Positions 54,467 to 63,741 of a stretch of DNA of 64,000 bases are shown one piece after another. Both the position numbers and the translations under genes were made by a program. Source of the stretch: Planctomycetota bacterium (GTDB taxonomy: Bacteria > Planctomycetota > B15-G4 > SIAN01); assembly GCA_031409275.1 (NCBI GenBank), contig JANNXA010000022.1, forward strand, positions 140,058 through 204,057, read 5' to 3'. Below the pieces are notes generated by a model. That model was not told the origin of the DNA, did no database searches, and saw nothing but the letters and a program-made list of their open reading frames with translations. How positions within the stretch are numbered: the first letter of the stretch is position 1; each line of letters begins with the position of its first letter.

Positions 54467-55345
54467 TCACACGTCGCAGAGGTCGATCGCCTCGCGCAGC
54501 GAGGTCATCGCATCGCGGCGCGGGATGAACTCCTGCCCCATCCAACCCTTGAAGCCCGTCTCGACGATGGCGCGGCAGATCGCCGGGTAGTGGAGCTCCT
54601 GGGTGTCGTCGATCTCATTGCGTCCCGGCACGCCGGCGGTGTGGTAGTGGCCGATCGAGGCGTGGTGGTCCTTGATGGTGTGGATCACGTCGCCTTCCAT
54701 GATCTGCGCGTGATAGATGTCGTAGAGGATCTTCATGCGATCGCTGCCGACGCCCTGCACGATGTCGAGCCCGTAGCGCATGCGATCGAAGGCGTAGTCG
54801 CCGTGGTCGACTTTGCTGTTCAGGATCTCCATCACCAGCGTCACGCCGTGCTTCTCGGCGAGCGGCGCGACGCGGCGCAGGCCGGCAATGCAGTTGGCGA
54901 TCCCTTCGGAGTCGGGCTGCCCGCGCTTGTTGCCCGAGAAGATCACGATCGACGGGACGCCCGCCTCGGCGCACTTGGGGATCAGCGACTCGGACTGCGC
55001 GACCAGCTCGTCGTGCTTCTCTTTGCGGTTCCACGCATCGCCGATCGAACCGATCCCGATGGCCACCGCGCAGGTCAGGCCGTGCTTCTTCACCGTCGCC
55101 CAATCGTCGGGGCCGAGGATCTCGACCGAGCCGATGCCCATCGCGGCGGAGTTTCGCGCCAGCTCGTCGAGTTCCATCCCGCCGAAGCACCAGCGCGCCA
55201 CCGAGTGGTGCAAGCGGTTGCGGCGCGCGGTGGGCGGCGTCGCCGTATTCACCATGTCCTGCGCGCGGGCGCGCGGCGTCAGCAGATTCGAAGAGGCGAG
55301 CGCGAGCGAGGCGCTCGAAAGCTTGAGGAAGTCACGGCGATCCAT
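54467..55345 (-). CDS. xylose-isomerase-like TIM-barrel protein (hydroxypyruvate isomerase / sugar-phosphate isomerase-epimerase family) with Tat signal
   Basis: Start MDRRDFLKLSSASLALASS (twin-arginine motif). Hyi-like body (LDIVQGVGSDRMKILYDIYHAQIMEGD, GHYHTAGVPGRNEID). Confidence 0.8.
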   Translation of the reverse strand: MDRRDFLKLSSASLALASSNLLTPRARAQDMVNTATPPTARRNRLHHSVARWCFGGMELDELARNSAAMGIGSVEILGPDDWATVKKHGLTCAVAIGIGSIGDAWNRKEKHDELVAQSESLIPKCAEAGVPSIVIFSGNKRGQPDSEGIANCIAGLRRVAPLAEKHGVTLVMEILNSKVDHGDYAFDRMRYGLDIVQGVGSDRMKILYDIYHAQIMEGDVIHTIKDHHASIGHYHTAGVPGRNEIDDTQELHYPAICRAIVETGFKGWMGQEFIPRRDAMTSLREAIDLCDV

Positions 55346-55378
55346 GGCGTCTCCTTGACGGGCCGAAGGTCGGCGAAG

Positions 55379-55422
55379 GAGGCGCATCGTAGTGCCGCCG
55401 CGACGAGGACGCGATGCGCCTC
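55379..55422. other. perfect 11-bp inverted repeat (GAGGCGCATCG ... CGATGCGCCTC) with an about 22-nt loop. Possible terminator of the small secreted-protein gene and/or 5'-UTR structure of the isomerase gene
   Basis: Seen directly in the sequence between 55345 and 55437. A second overlapping complement (GCGACGAGG/CCTCGTCGC) allows an alternative pairing. No U-tract follows. Coordinates are approximate to within 1-2 nt. Confidence 0.35.
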
Positions 55423-55436
55423 GTCGCGCGGCGCCG

Positions 55437-55901
55437 TCACTTCTTCTTGGGCGGGACCGGCTTGGGGCCGAAGCGCGGGTTGCCGGCCGCCAGCGCGGTC
55501 GGAACGGCGATGGACGCGGAGACCTGGTGGAACTCGCTGTCGGTCGCGGTCACCTTCAGGCTGGTCGCGTTCCCAGGCATCTTCGTGAAGCAGAGCTGCT
55601 TGCCGTTGGTCACGTCGCTGGACGACAGCCCCTTCTTGCCGACCAGCCAGAGGGTGATCTGGAGCGGGTTCTTGAAGATGACGTTGCCATCGACGGTGTA
55701 CTCGTAGGAGTACCCGAGCAGGTCGGCCGCGCCGTCGGGATCGACGATGTTGAAGCAGAGCGCCGGCTTCCCGTTCACCGTCGTCGAAGAGGCGGTCACC
55801 GTCGGCGGGGAGTTCGGGGTGTCGTCATCGCCGCGCGCGGCAGCTCCGAGCGAGAGCAGCCCCAGGGTGGTCACGGCGGAGAGGATCTTCTTGCCAGTCA
55901 T
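55437..55901 (-). CDS. small secreted protein (154 aa), unknown function, Lys-rich C-terminus
   Basis: Start MTGKKILSAVTTLGLLSLGAAARG (signal peptide). Two Cys (ALCF, QLCF). Ends PKPVPPKKK. Confidence 0.55.
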   Translation of the reverse strand: MTGKKILSAVTTLGLLSLGAAARGDDDTPNSPPTVTASSTTVNGKPALCFNIVDPDGAADLLGYSYEYTVDGNVIFKNPLQITLWLVGKKGLSSSDVTNGKQLCFTKMPGNATSLKVTATDSEFHQVSASIAVPTALAAGNPRFGPKPVPPKKK

Positions 55902-56035
55902 GGCGGTTTCCCTTGCCCGAGGACGGTTTCGTGTCACCCGCAAGCGCGGGCAAGGGATTGCATCGGAACGAGAGCGGCTCACTTGAAGCGCGCGCTGGAC
56001 GAATTCAGTCGGTCGCTTTTTTCCGCAGCCGCGGA

Positions 56036-56473
56036 TCAGCCGCTCGCCTTCGCGCAGTGGCGGTCGAAGGCGGCGATCAGGTTGCGCGCGACGTCCTGCG
56101 GGCCGCGCCCCTCGATCTCCTGGCGCGCCACGTAGTGAACCACCTTGCCGTCTTTCAGCAGCGCCATCGAGGGCGAGCTCGGCGGCAACGGCTTGAAGTG
56201 GTCGCGGGCGCGCGCGGTGGCCTCGGCGTCCTGGCCCGCGAAGACAGTCGTGATCGCATCGGGGAGCGTCGAGTGGCTCAGCGCGAGCGCGATGCCGGGG
56301 CGAGCCGTGCCGCCGGCGCAGCCGCACACCGAGTTCACGATGAGGAGCGTCGTCCCGGGTCGCTTGACCGCGGCGTCGACCTCGGCTGCGCTGCGCAGCT
56401 CCTTCACTCCAAGACGGGTCAGCTCGGCGCGCAAAGGCGCCACGAGCGCTTCTTCGTACATCGGCATGGTCAA
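56036..56473 (-). CDS. bacilliredoxin-like protein (DUF1094, BrxA/BrxB YphP/YqiW family)
   Basis: Thioredoxin-fold protein with the family-defining CGC motif in LLIVNSVCGCAGG. Confidence 0.7.
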   Translation of the reverse strand: MTMPMYEEALVAPLRAELTRLGVKELRSAAEVDAAVKRPGTTLLIVNSVCGCAGGTARPGIALALSHSTLPDAITTVFAGQDAEATARARDHFKPLPPSSPSMALLKDGKVVHYVARQEIEGRGPQDVARNLIAAFDRHCAKASG

Positions 56474-56503
56474 AAAGTCCTCGCGCGGCGGGCCAACGTC
56501 GGC

Positions 56504-58180
56504 TCACGGTTGCGCGAGGCGATGGTAGCGACCGCCTGGCAGCGGACCGTGGTGGGTCGTGCGACCGTCGGGCCAGCGCACGGTCACCTGCTCGGCCGCG
56601 CCCGCGTCGCGCAGCGCGAAGAGCAGGCGCGTGTCGTGGAAAGCGCCGTAGCTCGAAGTGCCTCGAACCTCCTCGACCTCGCGATGGCCCGCCGCTTCGA
56701 CGGTGATGCGCGCCCCGATCGCCTGGCGGTTGCTGCCACGGCCGGCGAGTTCGAGGCCGATCCAGGCCGGGCCGTCGGCGCCGACGCGCGTCCGGTTCTC
56801 GAGCAGCGCCGGGCCGCGCTCCCAATGGGCGACCACGGCGTCGAGGTCGCCGTCGTTGTCGAGGTCCCCCACGGCGAGCCCGCGTCCGACGTAGCGCCCG
56901 GCGAAGTAGTCGCCGGCGACGTCGTTGCGCGGCGCGAATCGGCCGCCGCCCTCGTTTCGGTAGTAGTGCGGTGGCTGACGAAACGTCTGCGCCGGTTCGA
57001 GCAGGTGGATGTTGTCGCAGACGTGACCGTTGGCGATCAGGACGTCCGGGTCGCCATCGAGATCGGCATCGAAGAACTCGCAGCCGAACCCGACCCATAG
57101 GAACGAAGGCGGGCCGAGCCCGCTCGACTCGCTGCGATCCTCGAAGGTGCCGTCGCCGAGGTTGCGATAGAGGGTGTTCTGCTCGAAGTCGAGGTTGGTG
57201 ACCAGCAGGTCGAAGTCGCCGTCAGCATCGACGTCGCCGAAGTCGCAGCCCATCGCCGCCGTGGAAAGCCCCGAGCGATCGACGGCGACGAACGCCTCGG
57301 CCGCGACGTCGCGGAAGCGTCCGGCCCCGTCGTTGCGCCACAGGAAGTTGGGCGTCGAGTCGTTCGCGACGAACCAGTCGACATCGCCATCGCCGTCGTA
57401 GTCGCAGAGCACGCTGCCGAGTCCAGCGCCGCCGCACCCAGCGATGCCGGCCTGCGCGCTGATGTCGACGAGGCGGCCGTCGTCGTTTCGATAGAGGACG
57501 TCATCGGCGGGCGGGAACTCGTCGGGGTGGCAGAAGCTGCGGTACTCCTCGCCGCGATCGAGCGGACCGCAGCCGCGGTGGTCGTAGTCCTCATGGACAT
57601 AGTTCACGACGTAGAGGTCGAGGTCGCGGTCGCCATCGAAGTCGAGGAAGGTCGCCGCGGTCGACCAGGCGCCGCTAGCGCCGCCCCACTGCGCGGTCGC
57701 ATCGACGAAGCGGCCGCCGTCGTTGCGCAGGAAGCGATTGGCTCCGACGTTGCACAAGTAGAGGTCGGGGTCGCCGTCGCCGTCGAAATCGGGACAGGCC
57801 GCCGCGTAGGTGTAGCCGTCGAGCCCGATCCCCCCATCGGAGACCCCGCTCGCGTCGGTGACGTCGCTGAAGCGCCAGAAACCGTCGTTGCGGAAGAGGC
57901 GATCGCGGAAGTCGCTGTCGCCGCGGTAGCCAGGTAGCGCCGCTCCCTGCGGCAGGAAGAGATCGAGGTCGCCGTCGCTGTCGTAGTCGAGGAGCGCGAC
58001 GCCGCCGCCGGTGATCTCCGTGAGGTGCTTCTTGCCGCTGCCGCCCCACTGCGGAACGAAGTCGACCGCGCCGAGATGCTCGACGAAGAGCGGCGGCTTC
58101 GATGCGCTCGGCGCCGGCGCGTCGCCGCAACGAGCGGCGACGAGCAGCACGACCGCGAGGCGCCTCAAGAGCCGCTCCAC
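56504..58180 (-). CDS. CRTAC1-family protein (FG-GAP/VCBS repeats + ASPIC/UnbV C-terminal domain), lipoprotein
   Basis: GTG 58180 gives MERLLRRLAVVLLVAARCG (lipobox). Many D-x-D-G-D-x-D repeats (DYDSDGDLDLFL, DFDGDGDPDLYL, DYDGDGDVDWFV, DVDADGDFDLLV, DLDNDGDLDAVV). C-terminal ASPIC/UnbV (GARITVEAAG...GTSSYGAFHDTRLLF). Confidence 0.8.
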   Translation of the reverse strand: MERLLRRLAVVLLVAARCGDAPAPSASKPPLFVEHLGAVDFVPQWGGSGKKHLTEITGGGVALLDYDSDGDLDLFLPQGAALPGYRGDSDFRDRLFRNDGFWRFSDVTDASGVSDGGIGLDGYTYAAACPDFDGDGDPDLYLCNVGANRFLRNDGGRFVDATAQWGGASGAWSTAATFLDFDGDRDLDLYVVNYVHEDYDHRGCGPLDRGEEYRSFCHPDEFPPADDVLYRNDDGRLVDISAQAGIAGCGGAGLGSVLCDYDGDGDVDWFVANDSTPNFLWRNDGAGRFRDVAAEAFVAVDRSGLSTAAMGCDFGDVDADGDFDLLVTNLDFEQNTLYRNLGDGTFEDRSESSGLGPPSFLWVGFGCEFFDADLDGDPDVLIANGHVCDNIHLLEPAQTFRQPPHYYRNEGGGRFAPRNDVAGDYFAGRYVGRGLAVGDLDNDGDLDAVVAHWERGPALLENRTRVGADGPAWIGLELAGRGSNRQAIGARITVEAAGHREVEEVRGTSSYGAFHDTRLLFALRDAGAAEQVTVRWPDGRTTHHGPLPGGRYHRLAQP

Positions 58181-59394
58181 GCGGCGAGTTGCGCCGCGAA
58201 GGCCGAGTCGTCGACTTCCGGGTGCGCGCGCTGCCAGTCGTTGAGGACGACGCGCAGGAACTGCTCCTTCGCCGCGGGCGAGGACCAGCGGATCGCATCG
58301 ATGGCGCGCTTGGAGGCGGGGAGATCGCCGAGGCCGGCGCACGCACGCGCTTCGAGCGGAAGCACGACCGACGGCGCCGCGGCGGCCGCGGCCAGCGCTC
58401 GGATCCGCTCGAGCGCTTCGTGGAACTGCGCCTGATCCAGCAGGAGTCGGGCGAGCCGCTCCAATCCGCCAAGGTACTCGGGCCACGCAACGACCAGCTC
58501 ACGGCGCAGCGCGAGCGTCCTCTCCACGTCGACGCGATGTCGCTGCGACGTGTGATCCTTCAGCGCGCGCAGCAGCTCATGGCGACGCCGCTCGCGAGCG
58601 GCTCGATCGACGTCGCCGTCACGGGTCGCGAGCTGCGCCGCGAGCAGGTGCGCGCGCGGCTCTTCGGGGTCGAGCGTCAGCGCTTCCGCAACGGCGGCTT
58701 CGGCCGCGGAAAAGTCGCTCGCCTCGAGCAGGAGTTCGCCGCGCGACAGAAGGAAGTTGGCGCGCGTCCCTGGCGGCAGACCGGCGACGGCGAGCGCCTT
58801 CGCGTAGCCCTCCAGCGCTTCACCGCGCTTCCCGTTGGACGCCGCGATGGCGGCAAGCGCTGCGACCGCGAGCGTTCCGCGGCCCGGTTCCGCGCGAACC
58901 TGCGGCGCCGCGAGCGCCTCGCGCAACAGCGCCTCCGCCCGCGCAAGATCGCCAAGTTCGCGTCGAGCGATTCCCTCGCCGCAGGCGGCCATCGGGTCAT
59001 GCGGATCGACCAGGCGAGCCAGCCGAAACTGCTGCACCGCCGCGCCGAAACTGCCGCGGCCGTGTCCTTCGAGCAGCAGGAAGCCATGGTCGAGGAGCGC
59101 GGGAAGGCAGGCCGGGTCGGCCACGAGCGCCGCTTCAAACAGGCGGGCCGCCTCGACCACGTCGTCTCGTTGCAGTGCCGCGAGCCCTTGCTGATGCAGC
59201 GCGCGCGCCGCCGCCGCGTCGCCCGATCGCGGCGGTGCGAGCGGCGCATCGAGGATGCTCTCCTCGGTGCGTTCGATGCCAGGCGGTTTCGGTGCGTCAA
59301 TCGCCGCGTGGTCGCAGGCGATGGCCGCGAGCGGCAGCCACAGCGCCGCGCCACCAAGCGATCGCCGCCGCCTGGCGCCGCGATTCCAAGTCAC
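58165..59394 (-). CDS. TPR-repeat lipoprotein
   Basis: GTG 59394 overlapping the upstream stop (GTGA). Signal RRRRSLGGAALWLPLAAIAC. Multiple TPR-like helices (FEAALVADPACLPALLDHGFLLLEGHG, EGYAKALAVAGLPPGTRANFLLSRGELLL). Confidence 0.7.
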   Translation of the reverse strand: MTWNRGARRRRSLGGAALWLPLAAIACDHAAIDAPKPPGIERTEESILDAPLAPPRSGDAAAARALHQQGLAALQRDDVVEAARLFEAALVADPACLPALLDHGFLLLEGHGRGSFGAAVQQFRLARLVDPHDPMAACGEGIARRELGDLARAEALLREALAAPQVRAEPGRGTLAVAALAAIAASNGKRGEALEGYAKALAVAGLPPGTRANFLLSRGELLLEASDFSAAEAAVAEALTLDPEEPRAHLLAAQLATRDGDVDRAARERRRHELLRALKDHTSQRHRVDVERTLALRRELVVAWPEYLGGLERLARLLLDQAQFHEALERIRALAAAAAAPSVVLPLEARACAGLGDLPASKRAIDAIRWSSPAAKEQFLRVVLNDWQRAHPEVDDSAFAAQLAAWSGS

Positions 59395-61634
59395 TGTCTG
59401 GGCCTCGCGACCGTTCGCAGCGTGGCGCTGCCTTCGTCGACTTCGACGATCGCGTCGACCGGCACCGCTTCGAAGCGCTGCGTCTTCCCGGTGCGTGGCC
59501 ACGCGACTTCGAGCGCGAGGATGCTGGTGGCATCGCGCAGACCGAATTCCGCCTGCAGGCTGTTGCCGCCGAAGCTCGAGTTGCCGCCCACCCACTGATG
59601 GACGGTGCGCGGCCCGGTCGGCTCCTGGAACGTCACGGCGAGGCGCGCACCGATGCCGAAGCGGTTCGACTCGCGGCCGATCAGGCGGACCGTGAGCCAG
59701 TGCTGGTCGTTGCCCGGATTGCGGAACAGCGCACTCCCGAACGCGTCGTCGCGCAGCACGCCGCCGATCACGACGAAGAGATCCTCGTCGCCGTCGCCAT
59801 CGAGATCGCCGATCGCGACGCCGTGCCCCTTCTGGAGGTGGCCGGTGCCGCTCGCCGTGGTGACGTCCTGGAAGCGGCGTCCCCCCTCGTTGCGCAGCAG
59901 CACGTTGGGCCAGAGCGAGGCGAATTCGGGGTCGCCGGTGGCCAGGTAGAGGTCGGGCCAGCCGTCGTGGTCGAGATCGCCGAAGTTCGACCCCATCGGG
60001 AAGGCGACTCGCGCGAGTCCGCGCTCCTGGGTCACGTCGCGGAAGCCGCCATGGCCGTCGTTTTCGTAGAGGCGCTGCGTGTCGGCGCCGAGGCGGCGCT
60101 CGCGAAACCACGCCGCCATCTCGAGCGGACGCGTCGCAGGCGTCGCGTAGCAGCTCACATAGAGGTCGGGCCAGCCGTCCTGATTGGCGTCGAAGAACCA
60201 GCACGAGAAGCTCTTGATCGGCTCGGCGACGCCAAGCTGCGTCGCGACGTCGATGAACTTGCCGTCGCCTTCGTTCCGGTACAGCCGATTGCGTCCACCG
60301 AGGTTCGAGACGTAGAGATCGGGATCGCGATCGCCGTCGTAGTCGCAGAAGGCGGCGCCTTTGCACAGCGCGTCGTTGCGCACTCCAGCGCGGTCGGTGA
60401 TCTCCTCGAAGGTGGCGTCGCCGCGATTCTTGAACAGACGGCACGGATAGTCCTCGGCCGAACCGGCGCCGAGGCTCTCGTAGCCGAGGAAGAGGTCGAG
60501 GTCGCCGTCGAGGTCGATGTCCGCGGTTGCCGACACGAGGCTCGGCGCCGAGATCTCGATCCCCGCTTCGCGCGTGCGATCGACGAAGGTGCCGTCGGCC
60601 TGCTGGATCAGCAGCGAGTTCGGCAGCTCGCCATGGCGATGGATCCACGCCCCGCGCTGGACCAGCAGGTCGAGCCGGCGATCGCCATTCCAGTCGTGAG
60701 CGAAGCACTGGAACCCGCCGAGCTGGCCGGCGAGTCCCGCAGCCTCGGAGCGGTCGACGAAGGTGCCGTCGGGTTGCTGCACGAAGTAGCCGAGCGGATC
60801 CTCCGGCGCGGAGGAGGTCACCACCACGTCGAGCCGCCCGTCGCCGTCGATGTCATCCATGACCGCGCCGCCGGCGAGGCCGCAGGTCGCCAGGCCGAGC
60901 TCCTGCGCAGCGTCGGCGAAACGGGCGAACGGCGCCTCGGACTCGAACGCCGCCGCCGGCAATCGCCACGCTACGGGCAGCGCGTCGGGCCAGCTGCCGA
61001 GCGTCATGTGGGCGATGTTGAAGAGCCAGAGCGAACGCAGGTCGCCGGGGTCGGCCCGCAGCAGCGGCGCGAGCAGCGCGATGGCCGCTTCGCTGCCGCG
61101 GCGATCCTGGTGCAGCGCCGCCGGTGCGAACGGGACGATGCAGCTTTGCGGTCCATGCGCGGTGACGCAGTTGTCGCGCTCCGCCTGGCGCAGCGCGACG
61201 ATCGCGAGCTGGCGCGTCACCGCGATCTCCGCCTCGACGGCGCCCGCCGCTTGCGCGGCCCGTCGGCACGCGTCGTACTCGCGGCGCGCGCCATCGAGGT
61301 CGCCATCCGAGAGCAGCGCGTCCGCCAACGCGTAACGCAGGTCGAAACGCACGTCGTCTCCCGCGTCTGCGGGCAGCTGCGCGAGTCGCGCCGGCAACTC
61401 GCGCAACGCGGCGCGTCCGTAGAGGAGCGCATCGCTCTCGCGCAATCGTGCGCCGAGGTCGCGCAGCAGCACCGACTTGCGGTCGGTGAGCGGCGGCAAC
61501 GATGGATCGCGCTGACGCGGGCGACGCATGCCGCACGTGTCCTGGAGCGGGATGGAAAGCGGCGGCTGCTGTCCCGGCAAAGGATCTGCGATCGACAACG
61601 ACGCCGCCCCAAGCGCCAGCCGGGCGAGCTTCAT
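59391..61634 (-). CDS. TPR + FG-GAP/VCBS + ASPIC/UnbV protein (second CRTAC1-family paralog), secreted
   Basis: Start MKLARLALGAASLS. N-terminal TPR-like helical region. D-x-D-G-D repeat blades (DIDGDGRLDVVV, DIDLDGDLDLFL, DYDGDRDPDLYV, DLDHDGWPDLYL, DLDGDGDEDLFV). C-terminal UnbV/ASPIC (GIGARLAVTFQ...GGNSSFGGNSLQAEFGL). Confidence 0.8.
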   Translation of the reverse strand: MKLARLALGAASLSIADPLPGQQPPLSIPLQDTCGMRRPRQRDPSLPPLTDRKSVLLRDLGARLRESDALLYGRAALRELPARLAQLPADAGDDVRFDLRYALADALLSDGDLDGARREYDACRRAAQAAGAVEAEIAVTRQLAIVALRQAERDNCVTAHGPQSCIVPFAPAALHQDRRGSEAAIALLAPLLRADPGDLRSLWLFNIAHMTLGSWPDALPVAWRLPAAAFESEAPFARFADAAQELGLATCGLAGGAVMDDIDGDGRLDVVVTSSAPEDPLGYFVQQPDGTFVDRSEAAGLAGQLGGFQCFAHDWNGDRRLDLLVQRGAWIHRHGELPNSLLIQQADGTFVDRTREAGIEISAPSLVSATADIDLDGDLDLFLGYESLGAGSAEDYPCRLFKNRGDATFEEITDRAGVRNDALCKGAAFCDYDGDRDPDLYVSNLGGRNRLYRNEGDGKFIDVATQLGVAEPIKSFSCWFFDANQDGWPDLYVSCYATPATRPLEMAAWFRERRLGADTQRLYENDGHGGFRDVTQERGLARVAFPMGSNFGDLDHDGWPDLYLATGDPEFASLWPNVLLRNEGGRRFQDVTTASGTGHLQKGHGVAIGDLDGDGDEDLFVVIGGVLRDDAFGSALFRNPGNDQHWLTVRLIGRESNRFGIGARLAVTFQEPTGPRTVHQWVGGNSSFGGNSLQAEFGLRDATSILALEVAWPRTGKTQRFEAVPVDAIVEVDEGSATLRTVARPRQ

Positions 61635-61659
61635 CGAGAGCGGTCGCAAGCGCGGCGGC

Positions 61660-63618
61660 TCAGCGAATCGTCAGGTCGACGCGATTGGTGATGGCGCCGG
61701 CTTTCGGCTTGTAGCGGTCGACCACCAGCGATTGCAGGTAGACGTCGATGCCGATCAGCGAGGAATCGTCGGGAACGTCGAGCGCGAGCGAGCGCGCACC
61801 CGTCGCGTCGACGGCTCCGATGTCGAGCAGCAGCGCGAGGCCGAAGTCGATGGTGAAGGTGCCAAACGGCGCGAACGGCAGGCTGCCGATCGCCGTGCTG
61901 CCGAAGAGCCAGGCGTCGCTCCCCTGCGTTCCCGTGGTGTCGAACTGCAGCGTCGTGTTGATGATCGGCTCGCCGCGGACCAGCAGCGTGTAGGGAGGCA
62001 CGCCCCACAGTTCGAGGTCGGCGACGTCCCATTCGATGTCGACGCCGTCGGCGGCGCCGGTCGCGCTGCCCACCAGTCGCACCGAGAGATTCGCGAGGTC
62101 GCCCCAGATCAGCGTCGGAGCGCCATCGATGGCCGCTCCCTTGCTCACCAGCGCGCTCACCTCGCGCCACGCGGCCGGGTCGGGGACCGCAAGCACCGGG
62201 ATCGCGCCACCCGCGCTGCCGACGATCGGCACCACCGTGTTCCAATCCTGCGAGGTCGAACCGGGCGCCGAGAAGGTGCCGTCGACGGACGCTTCGAGCC
62301 GATAGGTGTCGTCCTGGATCGGGCCCGTCGTCCGGTAGCGCACCCGAACCACGATCTGCTGCAGCAGCCCGCGCGGGGTCGCGTCGAATCCGGCAAGGCG
62401 CAACTCCTGCGAGCCGGCCGGGACGAGCGCGCCGACGTCATCCTGAACGAACGCGGAAGTGCCATTGCGCGCGCCGCCCCCAAGGTCGGTCGCGCTCGAC
62501 GCCGTCCGCGTGCCGAGGCGCTGCACGAATCCGAAACGACGCGTCTCGCCGTCACCGTCCGCGGTGACGCCGCCGAGTCCCTGCCACACCTTCTCTTCGT
62601 GCAGGTCGTAGCCGCGCTTCTTCGGATGGATCGCGTCGAGCCCGAAGAAGCTGCAGATCAGGTCATCCTCGCCGACGATCGTGCCGGACACCGGATCGAG
62701 GTGCTCGTAATCGGGCCACACCTCGGCGATGGCGACGCGCCGCCGTTGTCCCCACGCCACGTCTCGCAGCACCTGGTTCCACACCGCGCCCCACTCGTTG
62801 TGGAAGGCGTTGTTGCCGCCTTTGTTGTCGTAGACCGTGTTGAGGATCACGTCGACGTCGGGCAACTCGGTCTGCAGGGTGGAGAGCAGTTCCTGCACGT
62901 TCTGGCGGGCGGCGACCAGATTCGCCGCGGTCCTGGCGTGGTCCCCGTCATCAGCGAGGAAGTCGTTGCCGCCGATCGAGATCGTGACCAGCTGCGCGTT
63001 GGCGGCGATGGCGTCGAAGAGGTTGCCGCTCTTGCCCGGATCGAGCAGATCGAAGGTCGTGTAGCCCAGCACGGCTTCCTTCTGGAGCCGCGCGCTGCCG
63101 GCGCGATCGAGTTTCGCGGTAGTGAGCGGCGTCACGTAGTCGTTCTTGCCGCCGACCGAGTCGCACAGGTTGAAGCCGAAGGCGATCGAATCGCCGAGCG
63201 CCACGTGCAGCAGCGGGGCCGCGCCGCTCGACGAGCGCAAGTGGCCGACCAGCAGGTCGAGCAACGCGGGCCGGCGGCGCCCCTGCGGATAGTCGGGGAT
63301 CGGATCGGCGTCGCCGCCAAGATCCTGGTAGGCGAAGCGCCAGTCGGCGCCGAGCGCCACGTCGAGCAGGTACTTCGAGCCGTTGATCGGGTTGAAGGAG
63401 AAGGCGCCGTCGGGACCGGTCACCACCGTCACGTCGAAGGCGCCGTCGTCGCCGTAGAGCGTGACGGAGCGTCCGGCCAGGAGCGGCTCGCCCGGATCGA
63501 GGAGTCCATCGCGATCGAGGTCGTGGAAGAGTGCTCCGTCGATCGCCTGGCCCTGCACCGACGGGGTCAGCAGGGTCCCGACGATCAGAAGGGGAAGCGT
63601 ACGGGGGATGAGGGTCAC
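61660..63618 (-). CDS. secreted SGNH/GDSL-family hydrolase with N-terminal SdrD-B/Cna-B-like beta-sandwich domain
   Basis: Signal MTLIPRTLPLLIVGTLLTPSVQGQA. Beta-sandwich N-domain (GRSVTLYGDDGAFDVTVVTGPDGAFSF). SGNH blocks (LLHVALGDSIAFGF block I with Ser, ISIGGNDF block III, DAIHP block V with Asp/His). Confidence 0.75.
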   Translation of the reverse strand: MTLIPRTLPLLIVGTLLTPSVQGQAIDGALFHDLDRDGLLDPGEPLLAGRSVTLYGDDGAFDVTVVTGPDGAFSFNPINGSKYLLDVALGADWRFAYQDLGGDADPIPDYPQGRRRPALLDLLVGHLRSSSGAAPLLHVALGDSIAFGFNLCDSVGGKNDYVTPLTTAKLDRAGSARLQKEAVLGYTTFDLLDPGKSGNLFDAIAANAQLVTISIGGNDFLADDGDHARTAANLVAARQNVQELLSTLQTELPDVDVILNTVYDNKGGNNAFHNEWGAVWNQVLRDVAWGQRRRVAIAEVWPDYEHLDPVSGTIVGEDDLICSFFGLDAIHPKKRGYDLHEEKVWQGLGGVTADGDGETRRFGFVQRLGTRTASSATDLGGGARNGTSAFVQDDVGALVPAGSQELRLAGFDATPRGLLQQIVVRVRYRTTGPIQDDTYRLEASVDGTFSAPGSTSQDWNTVVPIVGSAGGAIPVLAVPDPAAWREVSALVSKGAAIDGAPTLIWGDLANLSVRLVGSATGAADGVDIEWDVADLELWGVPPYTLLVRGEPIINTTLQFDTTGTQGSDAWLFGSTAIGSLPFAPFGTFTIDFGLALLLDIGAVDATGARSLALDVPDDSSLIGIDVYLQSLVVDRYKPKAGAITNRVDLTIR

Positions 63619-63741
63619 GGAAGTTCCTCGAGGAGGGGCGGCGAGGTGACGGGAGAACGCGGCCGGGACGATCGCCGAGAATGATCGCGACCGGGCGCGG
63701 ACGGCGGAAGGGTGTGCTTGCGGCGGGCCTCGCCGGCGACG

